A program made the position numbers and the translations under genes. From Rhodothermales bacterium (lineage in GTDB: Bacteria > Bacteroidota > Rhodothermia > Rhodothermales > VXPQ01), in the NCBI GenBank assembly GCA_040904565.1, contig JBBDTI010000014.1, forward strand, positions 1 to 45,079: 45,079 nucleotides of DNA, given 5' to 3'. The number at the start of each line of letters is the position of its first letter. Positions within the stretch are counted from its first letter, which is position 1. The notes under the pieces were generated by a model. That model did no database searches. It saw nothing but the letters and a program-made list of their open reading frames with translations, and had not been told where the DNA came from. This document shows, piece by piece, positions 36,717-45,079 of the stretch.

Positions 36717-38036
36717 ATGCGTACTCATCCTGTGCACACCCATTGGTTCGCCACCAGCCTCGTCGTCGCCGCACTCGTGCTGCTGGCAGGCTGCGCGTCG
36801 AAAGGACTGCTCGAACGCGACGTCTATGACGACGCCATCCATCTGCCTGAATCCGTTCCCGATTCCCTCGACGCACACGACTTCCTCATCATCGGCGACA
36901 CGCAGTCGTCCTGGCGAGCGGAAGTCAAGTTTTACCGGCGCAAGAACTGGGTTACGTGGAAGCAGCTTCTCGTCCCGTTCTATCAGGTCTACCTGCTTGG
37001 CAACGGCATCTTGGGGGGCGTCAACTGGTATCGGCAGAAGCCCGATTACGGCGGGCGCGCGCGCCTGGCCGTCCGACAGGCGCTGCAGGAGGAGATCGAT
37101 GCGTCGCCGCCCCCGTCGTTCCTGCTTCACCTCGGAGATATCGGCGCGCACGACGGCCGGTATCCCGATCACTGGGACATCTTCCTGGACGAGTACGGGC
37201 GCGGCTCACCATCCATCCTGGAGCAGCTGCCCATGGCACCCGCCATCGGAAACCACGAGTACGCATCCGATTCCACCTACGGGTGGCCGAACTTTCGACA
37301 CGTCTTCGACGCGCCTCGGTTCTACGTGATCGATACGCCTGAGATGGCCATTTTCGTTCTCGATTCGAACCTCCTGCTGGATCAACACCAATTTCTTGAC
37401 GATGCGGTGCAGGATCGCCTGTTTCGAACCTGGTTCGTCGACGATTCGGTCGCGGACGGATCGCCACAGGCGGCCTGGCTGCAGCGGGAGCTGGAAGCGC
37501 GGAAGGATCGATCGATAAAGATCGTGGCGATGCACCATCCGATCGTTTCTTTCGGCTGGCACAACCGTGACTGGTACAGAGGCTCTCTCGGTACGGATCT
37601 GTTGGAGAAGAGAGACGCTCTGCTCCGGCTGTTTCGAGATCAGGGCGTGCAGGCCGTCCTCTCCGGCCACGAACATCTCTACGAACATTCCACGATCCGC
37701 CTTGCCGACGAGATGGATTCGACCGACGCCTTCGTGCTCCACCAGATCGTGTCCAGCGGCGCCGGGGCGGCCGTCCGTCCGCCGACGGCTCCCGAAGACG
37801 TCCGGCAGCGGACGGAGAAATACCGTAGCGAAGGCCTTTCCGTAACGCTGGAGACGCAGGTATCAACATATCACTACACGCGCGCCCGAATTCGACGTGA
37901 TTCCCTGATCCTGGAGACCCGGGCCGTGGATGTGCACGATCCGTCCGAAACGACGCCTATCGATCGCGTCGGAATCGGTCCAATTCCATCCCACATCTCC
38001 CCGACCGCGCCCGACGAAGATCAACCCGAGCGATGA
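36717..38036 (+). CDS. Lipoprotein calcineurin-like metallophosphoesterase
   Basis: LAGC lipobox; GDTQ, HLGD, IGNHE, MHHP, SGHEHLYE, SSGAG. Confidence 0.9.
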   Translation: MRTHPVHTHWFATSLVVAALVLLAGCASKGLLERDVYDDAIHLPESVPDSLDAHDFLIIGDTQSSWRAEVKFYRRKNWVTWKQLLVPFYQVYLLGNGILGGVNWYRQKPDYGGRARLAVRQALQEEIDASPPPSFLLHLGDIGAHDGRYPDHWDIFLDEYGRGSPSILEQLPMAPAIGNHEYASDSTYGWPNFRHVFDAPRFYVIDTPEMAIFVLDSNLLLDQHQFLDDAVQDRLFRTWFVDDSVADGSPQAAWLQRELEARKDRSIKIVAMHHPIVSFGWHNRDWYRGSLGTDLLEKRDALLRLFRDQGVQAVLSGHEHLYEHSTIRLADEMDSTDAFVLHQIVSSGAGAAVRPPTAPEDVRQRTEKYRSEGLSVTLETQVSTYHYTRARIRRDSLILETRAVDVHDPSETTPIDRVGIGPIPSHISPTAPDEDQPER

Positions 38037-39397
38037 AGGCACTCGAAACCGCCTATAAGAAATTCTTCAATATCCGAAGGGATGAGTGGCCTAAGGCACT
38101 CGGACTGGCGCTATTATTCTTCCTCGTGATTGCCACGTTCTGGGTGCTCAAGCCTATCAAGCGAGGCCTGATCATCGCCTATTTCGGACAGGATGCCCTG
38201 CAGATTCTCGGGTACGCGCTGAACGGCGCTCAGGCCGAGCAAATCGGTAAGGTCATCAACATGATCGTCGCTTACGGTGTCGTGATTGTCTTCACGCTCC
38301 TCGCCCGCCGCCTGGATAGAGCGCTTCTGATCGCGGTGCTCGCAGGCGGCTTCGGAGTCCTCTTTATCGTTTTTAGTTTTCAGATGGCCGAGCCCACGGC
38401 CCTCGTCGTCTGGACATTCTACGTCATGGGCGACATCTTCACTACGGTCATGGTCGTCAGCTTCTGGGCCTTCGCGAACGACATGAACGAGGGATCTGAA
38501 GCCGAACGGCTCTACGGCGTGGTCGGACTCGGAGGCGTCGTGGGTGGATTTGCCGGGGCGACGCTCGTATCCACGCTGGTCGAGCCGCTTGGACGCGCTG
38601 CCCTGCTGTACGTGTGTACCGGCCTCGTCGCAGCGCTGGTCGTCGTCGCCTACGCGGTCGACATCTACGTCCGAGGCGATGCAGATAGACGCCCGGCATC
38701 CTCTTCGGGCACCGCCGAGGCACCCGTCGAAAAAACGAGCGCCGTGTGGGAGGGAGCTCGCGTCGTTCTGAAATCAAGGTATCTGCTCGCGATCATGGCG
38801 CTGGTCGGGCTCTACGAGATCGTGTCGAACGTAGCGGACTTTCAGCTGGCTACGTTCGTGGAGCTGCACGTGCCGGGTGACACGGAGAAAGACGCGTTCT
38901 TTGGATTTGTCGGACAGCTTACGGGCATCGTGTCGATCGGCGTGCAGCTGCTGGTAACGACGTACGTTCTTCAGAAATATGGCACCGGAGTAGCCCTATT
39001 TTTCCTTCCGATAGCCATTCTCGTCGGCTCGGCCGGCTTTATGATCGTACCGACGCTTGTACTTATCACCTTCGTCAGCGTGAGCGACAACGGCCTCAAT
39101 TATTCCATCAATCAGTCCGCGCGTGAAACCCTTTATACACCGCTCTCACAGGACGGCAAATACAAGGCCAAAGCCTTTATCGACATGTTCGTGCAGCGCG
39201 CGGCAAAGGTACTGGCCGTCGGCGTCAATCTCGGATTGACCGTCCTGGTCAGCACGCAGGTCAGGTGGTTGTCGCTGCTCTCCGTCGTCCTCATCTCCGC
39301 GTGGCTCTGGATCATCTATTATCTGGGACGAGAGTTCAGCAAGAAGAAAGAGAGCTCCCTAATTGATCAGTTGGCGGTATCCGGTAGTGCGCCGTGA
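38033..39397 (+). CDS. Npt1/Npt2 (NTT/TLC, ATP/ADP translocase) family transporter
   Basis: About 12 TMs; LKPIKR, FWAFAND, ARETLYTPL...KYKAKAFID...RAAK. Confidence 0.85.
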   Translation: MKALETAYKKFFNIRRDEWPKALGLALLFFLVIATFWVLKPIKRGLIIAYFGQDALQILGYALNGAQAEQIGKVINMIVAYGVVIVFTLLARRLDRALLIAVLAGGFGVLFIVFSFQMAEPTALVVWTFYVMGDIFTTVMVVSFWAFANDMNEGSEAERLYGVVGLGGVVGGFAGATLVSTLVEPLGRAALLYVCTGLVAALVVVAYAVDIYVRGDADRRPASSSGTAEAPVEKTSAVWEGARVVLKSRYLLAIMALVGLYEIVSNVADFQLATFVELHVPGDTEKDAFFGFVGQLTGIVSIGVQLLVTTYVLQKYGTGVALFFLPIAILVGSAGFMIVPTLVLITFVSVSDNGLNYSINQSARETLYTPLSQDGKYKAKAFIDMFVQRAAKVLAVGVNLGLTVLVSTQVRWLSLLSVVLISAWLWIIYYLGREFSKKKESSLIDQLAVSGSAP

Positions 39398-42300
39398 CAC
39401 GATTTCTGGAGAAGATTGCGGACATACGAGCGGGCGAGAGACGCCTGACCCTCGTCATGGGCTCGTATTACTTCGTCCTTCTCATCAGCTATTATCTCCT
39501 GAAGCCCGCCCGGGACAGCCTCTTTCTTACGGAGCTGGGGGCGGAGCAGCTTCCGCTCGCCTTCATTTTGATCGCCCTGGTAGCCCATCCCGTCAGTCAG
39601 GTTCACGGCTGGGCCGCCCGAAAAATGGGAATCGGCCGGCTCATCGGAGCCGCCTCGGCCGTGCTCGCCGCCATTCTCGTCGGCCTTTACCTCCTCTTCA
39701 GCCAGTCGAATCCGACCGATTCTCCGGCCGCTTACTATACCCTCTACGTCTTCGTCAGCTTATGGGGTGCGCTGACGATCAGTCAGTTTTGGCTCCTCGC
39801 TAATCGCGTGTACATCGCCTCACGCGCGCGAAAGATGTTCGTTCTCCTAAACGTCGGAGCGATGCTGGGAGCGTTCGCCGGAGGGGAGCTCGCTAACGCA
39901 GTCGTGACGTACACCAGCCTCTCCACGGCCCACTTACTGCTGGCGGGCGCCGCCGTCCTCGCCGTGAGCACCGCCTGGGTACCTGCCGCGCTGAAAAACG
40001 AACAGGGCGGCCACGAAGTCCAAACGGACGAGGTACAGGACGAATCCGATACATCGGATGCCGACCCCGCGTCTCGTCAGAATCTCTCCTCTGCGTTCGC
40101 GACGATCCGAGGCAACCCCTTTCTCTTGCTCATCGTCGCGATTCTGGGCCTGGAAATGTTCGCCTCCACATTTGTCGACTTCCAGTTCAAGACGATCGCG
40201 ACGGACGCCTTGGCCGACGAACGAGAGCTCACCGGCTTCCTCGCGACATTTTACGGCCGGGTCAGTCTGATCGCGCTGGCCTTTCAAATTTTCGTTCTGC
40301 CGCAGATGCTGCGGCGCTACGGCCCGCGGAGCGCGATGCTGATTATGCCCGCGGGGCTGATCGCAGGCTCGGCCCTGATCCTAGCCGCCCCCATCCTGCT
40401 GACCGCGACGATCCTCCGCGGTGCCGATCAGATTTTCGAACACTCGGCTGACAAGGTCGGGCGGGAACTACTATTCCTGCCCCTCCCGATGTCGACAAAG
40501 AAAAAGGTAAAGGTATTCATCGACGTAGCCATTGACCGCGGCTTTCGCGGATTGGCCGGCGCTACCCTTCTACTGTTGACCGGCGTCCTGGCGTTCGATA
40601 TGCGCATGTTAAGTATCGTCACGCTCGTCGTCCTGGTCGGCTGGATTGTCCTCGTGCTAAAAGTACACACCCTGTACGCGGAAGCGTTCGCCGAGGCCGT
40701 CGACGAGCGAAGGTTGGAGATGAACACGACGTGGACGCGGACGGTCTCCCTCGATCAGGCGCTGAAAGCCGCCGAACATGCACTCGAAGATGCGGATGAT
40801 ACCCGCTTCCTGTATGCTCTCGACGCCATGGCCCGGTATGACGACGACCGCATCGTCCAGCTAATCCGACCGACGCTACACCACCCGTCAGAGGTTGTGC
40901 GGCGCTGCGTGCTGAAGGTGCTTCGGATGCAGTCTACCACCTCGGCTTCGGCCGACCTTGTGCTCAAGAGCGAGGAATATGCCGGACACGCAGAAAGCGT
41001 CGACCACCTCCTGCACGACGTGGACGCCGGACTGCGCCAGCTTCGCGATCATTCCCACGTCGAGCGGGACTATCCCGCCGAGAACGACACGCGTTGCGTA
41101 CTCAAGGTTTACGCGGCTCGCGACGAACTGCTTTTTGGCGCGGCGGATCTCCGCGAGGTCGCGGGAAACAAGGACACCCGCCTCCGCCTCACGCTTGCTC
41201 TCTTGCTGGGCGCGCCGGCCACTCCTCGTTCGCAGCAAGACACGGTCACGGTAACATTCTGCTCCCCCTCGTCGAAGAAAGGTACCGCACCGCATGACCC
41301 CGTGGAAGACGGTGATACGGACATGCACGACGCCGTTCCAACCGTCGTGCAAGAGACGCTCATGGAACTGAGCGAGGATTCCGATTCGGTCGTGCGGAGA
41401 GCCGCCATCCGATCGATGGGCCGCCTGAAGACGCCCGAATTTGTGGACCGACTCATCGACTCGCTCGGCGACGACCAGGTGCTGGCGGCCGCGTGGACCG
41501 CGCTGACGCGGTACGGTACGGACATTCTCGGTCCGATCGACGAGGCTTTTGAGCACCCGAGTACAAGTGAGGTCGTGCGCCGCCGGATTCCAAGAGTCGT
41601 CGGCGAGATTCCGACACAGGAATCCGCCGACCTGCTCATGTCGCGGCTCCACTGCGAAGACCCCGTCCTCCGCTTCAACGTGTCGACGGCACTTTTGCGG
41701 CTTCGAAGCCAGAAGCCGTCCGTCCAGCTCGATACCGATATGGTGGAGGAGGCGCTCGATACGGAAATTGATACCTTTTATCGGCTCGCGCTGACCCAGC
41801 ACGCGATATGGAAGCACAGCGGGGATACGTCCGAGCATCTTCGGCCGCTCGCAAACTTGCTGGACCAGCATCGCGATCGCAGTTCCGAACGCATCTTCCA
41901 GCTTCTCGGGCTTCGGTATTGCGAGCACCAATTTCACGAAGCCTACGATGCGTTTTCCGGAGACCGTGACGAACTGCGTGGCCTGGCGGTAGAGTGGGTG
42001 GATAACGTACTGGACGCCGATCTTCGATTGCTGCTGCGGCCGATTCTGGACCCGCCCTCGCTGCCCGTACTCGCGGCGCGGGCGAAGAAGGTATTGGGAC
42101 CCCACCACACGGCAGAGCTCGATGCATCGCTTCAATTCCCCTTCGTGCAGGGCGTGCAGCTGCTCCTGCAGAGTCCCATTCCGCGCCTGCAGCGCCAGGC
42201 GATCGAAGTGGCCAGGCGCCGTCTCTCGGACGCAGACGATCTTCCCCAATCCGACCGCGAACGTACAGAGCTGGCTAAAATCGTCCTTCAGCGTGTCGAC

Positions 42301-42432
42301 ATCATGCAGGAGGATGCCGACGAAGCGGTCCGGCACGCCGCACGGCGCGCCGTCCGCGCCGCGCGCGGGCTGCTGGAAAGAAGAAACGTTCCCGAATCGT
42401 CAGTCTCGGGACGCCCCAGCACGAGCGCATAA
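39394..42432 (+). CDS. Npt1/Npt2 family transporter fused to HEAT repeats
   Basis: LKPARDSLFL, QFWLLAN, RELLFLPL...KKKVKVFID; C-terminal HEAT repeats (DSDSVVRRAAIRSMG, EDPVLRFNVSTAL). Confidence 0.85.
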   Translation: MTRFLEKIADIRAGERRLTLVMGSYYFVLLISYYLLKPARDSLFLTELGAEQLPLAFILIALVAHPVSQVHGWAARKMGIGRLIGAASAVLAAILVGLYLLFSQSNPTDSPAAYYTLYVFVSLWGALTISQFWLLANRVYIASRARKMFVLLNVGAMLGAFAGGELANAVVTYTSLSTAHLLLAGAAVLAVSTAWVPAALKNEQGGHEVQTDEVQDESDTSDADPASRQNLSSAFATIRGNPFLLLIVAILGLEMFASTFVDFQFKTIATDALADERELTGFLATFYGRVSLIALAFQIFVLPQMLRRYGPRSAMLIMPAGLIAGSALILAAPILLTATILRGADQIFEHSADKVGRELLFLPLPMSTKKKVKVFIDVAIDRGFRGLAGATLLLLTGVLAFDMRMLSIVTLVVLVGWIVLVLKVHTLYAEAFAEAVDERRLEMNTTWTRTVSLDQALKAAEHALEDADDTRFLYALDAMARYDDDRIVQLIRPTLHHPSEVVRRCVLKVLRMQSTTSASADLVLKSEEYAGHAESVDHLLHDVDAGLRQLRDHSHVERDYPAENDTRCVLKVYAARDELLFGAADLREVAGNKDTRLRLTLALLLGAPATPRSQQDTVTVTFCSPSSKKGTAPHDPVEDGDTDMHDAVPTVVQETLMELSEDSDSVVRRAAIRSMGRLKTPEFVDRLIDSLGDDQVLAAAWTALTRYGTDILGPIDEAFEHPSTSEVVRRRIPRVVGEIPTQESADLLMSRLHCEDPVLRFNVSTALLRLRSQKPSVQLDTDMVEEALDTEIDTFYRLALTQHAIWKHSGDTSEHLRPLANLLDQHRDRSSERIFQLLGLRYCEHQFHEAYDAFSGDRDELRGLAVEWVDNVLDADLRLLLRPILDPPSLPVLAARAKKVLGPHHTAELDASLQFPFVQGVQLLLQSPIPRLQRQAIEVARRRLSDADDLPQSDRERTELAKIVLQRVDIMQEDADEAVRHAARRAVRAARGLLERRNVPESSVSGRPSTSA

Positions 42433-42488
42433 CGCATCCTGCTTCAGATCTGGGCATCGGAATTCGACGGTGCAGGATTACCATCACG

Positions 42489-43445
42489 TCATCCCCCCAA
42501 ACGTGACCTCAAGGACTCCAACCCAGGCGCCGGCATCGCCTCCTCCCGAGCGATGTCCAGCCACGTATCCAGCATCATGCGCGTTTGTCCGCCGATCTTC
42601 GAAAAGTGATACTGAAGGTAGGCTTCCATGGGAATGGGTACTACGAGCGGTGCAAAACGTAGCGCGGCGGCGAGGATCATTCGATAGGGCAGCCGTGCGG
42701 CGAGACCAGCGCTTCGGCCCATGTACGAGGCGGTGGCCCGGATCGCCTCTACCGCGGCCTGCTGCACGACTGACAGATGGTCCCTTCCCCGCAGCCGCTG
42801 CAGTGACCATTCGGAATGCTCCAAAGCCGCCACCGTACAGATCAGGACGGCGGCGCCGCGCGCGGCGGTCCAGGCCAGATCGGAGCGCGTTCTGGCGGGC
42901 AGCCCACCCGCTCGCAGCCACGCTGCCGCACGGTCACCTTCGGGCGACTCCTCCAGCAGGGCCGCGGCAAATGGCGGTAAGAAGTAGCCGAATCCCTCCA
43001 GCGTACTGTCCGTCCCGGGCAGCGGGCTCTGGAACGACAGGAAGCCGATCACGCCCTGGACGATCGGTCCGCGGTTGGCTCCGTTGTACATCTTCTCAAG
43101 CCGATCCCGATCGCGGACGTCGGGCGTCCAGGTAACCACCGGCGTGCCCGGTGCCAGCTCGCCGAGCCGCTCCGCCAGCCACTCCGACTCCAGCGCCGTC
43201 GACGGCAGGCAAAGCCAGACCTGGTCCCACGCACCCTCGGCGCTCGTCACACACGGCACGTGCTGCGTCACCGTGCGCCTGCCGCCCAGCACCCTATACT
43301 CGTGCAATGGACGCGGCATGGCCGCGTTGGAAGACTCCCGGTCACGAACCAGAAACGTCACGCTGCAGCCCGCCCGATCGAGGTATTCGGCATATATGGC
43401 ACCTACCGCGCCGCTGCCCGCTATGAGGACCCGCGTATCAGTCAT
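42489..43445 (-). CDS. Ketopantoate reductase (PanE/ApbA) N-terminal-domain family oxidoreductase
   Basis: VLIAGSGAVGAIY..L..AG..VTFLVR Rossmann motif; divergent C-terminus. Confidence 0.75.
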   Translation of the reverse strand: MTDTRVLIAGSGAVGAIYAEYLDRAGCSVTFLVRDRESSNAAMPRPLHEYRVLGGRRTVTQHVPCVTSAEGAWDQVWLCLPSTALESEWLAERLGELAPGTPVVTWTPDVRDRDRLEKMYNGANRGPIVQGVIGFLSFQSPLPGTDSTLEGFGYFLPPFAAALLEESPEGDRAAAWLRAGGLPARTRSDLAWTAARGAAVLICTVAALEHSEWSLQRLRGRDHLSVVQQAAVEAIRATASYMGRSAGLAARLPYRMILAAALRFAPLVVPIPMEAYLQYHFSKIGGQTRMMLDTWLDIAREEAMPAPGLESLRSRLGG

Positions 43446-45018
43446 GGCAATCGAAAAACCTGCCTCTGAACCTCGGCGTACACGAGCTGGAGATCCGTAA
43501 CGAGCCCGGACATTTCCTCGGTGACGTCAGTGCGGGACCTCTCGTATTCCGGCCCCGCCGCCTGGTCGGCCCGGTACGTCGCATCCATCGCGGTGACCGC
43601 GCGGTACAGCCGTTCGTAGCGGGAGCGCACCGCCGAAACGGGGTCCGCGTACCGCGTTTCAACCTCCGATGGCGCGTTCCCGAGAAAGCCTTCGAGCAGG
43701 CTCAGCGTACGGTCGGCCTGACGCAGGCGACTGCGGAGGCGTTCAAGTACGTCTTCCGGTCGGTCCAGAAATGCCAGGTGCGTCCGTTCGACTGTGCCTT
43801 CGAGCTCCGCGACTGCGCGCTCGAGGCGTGGACGTCCATCTCGCCCCGTCTCGGGAGCAAGGGGATCGACCCCGTTCAACACGCGTCGTACCGAATCCCG
43901 TGCGGCGCGGACCTCCCGGAGCAGCCCGGCGAGGTACAATTCTCGATCGCCCTCGGCCGCAACGAGCCGTTCCGCCAGGTCCTCGATGTCGTCGTCGACG
44001 TCGGCGAGGCGGGACTCGGCGTCCGCATAGCCGCGCCGGATCTCCTCCCCTTTGGCACCACCTGCCGACTCGTTCGATGCAGCCGGCACGTCGTCCGCGG
44101 CGACACCCTCTCGATGGCCCGCGTCATCGCTCTCTCGAAGCGTCGCATCATCTCCCACGTCCCATGCGTTTCCCAGCGCCGTCACGTGGAAAACCGGCTG
44201 CGCGCGCTCGTAGTTACGACGATCTGTTCCTCCTCCTGCATGGCTATCAACGCGCGACCGAGCACGGCCTTGAGCGCATCGGCATGCGCCCGGCCAAGCT
44301 CGCGATAGGCCTGGCTGTGTTGGTGGCGAAGCCGGCTGTGAAACCGCCCGTAATACAGGTCGAATGTCGTGCCGTATTCGTGCGCGCTCTCTCCCCGCGC
44401 GGCGTTGGCGTTGGTGCCGCGGAGGTGTGCCTGGTCGATGCCCGTGCGGAGCACGTTCGTCACGATGAACCGGTAAGGAGGTAACCCCAGCGCCCGGAGA
44501 TCTTTCTGAAACCGCTGTCCGATGCGATCCAGGGCCGTCGCCGCAGGCCGAACAAGCAGCGGAACGGCATATCCCATTCTCGGGTCGATGATGTAGAAGT
44601 CGTTCGTTCGCAGCGGCACGACGCCGCTCACCTCGGGCGGCTCGCTCATCATAAGGCCTGCCGTCCGGCGATCGTCGACCGGCTCGATCCCTATGCTCCG
44701 CGCTGCCGCAAGATGTTCTTCTTGAAGGTGTCGCCGCAGGCGCGCCTCTTCACCACGCGAGAGCGGTGCGATAATCCGTAGAAGGGAGTCCACACGAAGG
44801 AGTTGCAGCGCTGCCAGGCTGTCGGCCGCCATCCTCGCGGCCTCCTGATGAACCGCAGGATCCGCTTCTAAACCCGTCACCGCATCACTATCCGAAAACG
44901 CTTCACACCCAACCGACGTCAGCGCGAAAACAAGCAGCACAACTATCCACGGCCGTGCAGCCACTCGTGCAGCCGCAGTGCCACTGCATGCCCCAATGCC
45001 GTACCGCTCGCTCCGCAT
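43442..45018 (-). pseudogene. DUF5715-like (peptidase M15-fold) protein + coiled-coil tail, split by a frameshift near 44213
   Basis: ORF 44182-45018 has TNVLRT, NANA, SAHEYGTTFD; the expected end motif YERAQPVFHVT is in the frame of ORF 43442-44185. Confidence 0.7.
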
Positions 45019-45079
45019 GTCGTATTATGCGCTGTTTGATGGCCGCACTGGTAAACGGCTCGATCGACGCCTGACGTAC

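Noticed and set aside
35868-42336. Long antisense ORFs (434 and 482 aa) opposite the kinase and NTT-HEAT genes
   Set aside because: Shadow frames of well-supported plus-strand genes.

Overview
GC-rich Gram-negative bacterial DNA, probably Rhodothermota/FCB group (inferred from the flagellin RAEDDSAG motif and Gln-starting mature secreted proteins). The window opens in the 3' half of a tRNA(CAT) gene. That tRNA end plus about 90 bp downstream recurs as a degenerate direct repeat at 24045-24182. The two copies bracket a ~24 kb integrase-less, decaying heavy-metal island with two convergent czcCBA-type RND operons, two ArsR regulators, a P1B-4 ATPase with a stand-alone copy of its N-terminal domain, a PII-like protein, MerT/MerP-like genes and at least five pseudogenes. 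After the second repeat come an AbiE-like type IV toxin-antitoxin pair, an orphan flagellin with a near-consensus sigma-28 promoter, a repeat-containing coiled-coil protein and a periplasmic sugar-oxidation cluster. The best candidate for an undescribed system is the tightly coupled five-gene operon at 33713-42432: an Omp85 barrel lacking obvious POTRA domains, a signal-peptide-bearing protein with all core kinase-fold motifs, a lipoprotein metallophosphatase, and two ATP/ADP-translocase (NTT/TLC) family transporters. This suggests an extracytoplasmic phosphorylation/dephosphorylation system supplied with ATP across the inner membrane. All family assignments come from motif recognition by eye; no searches were run.
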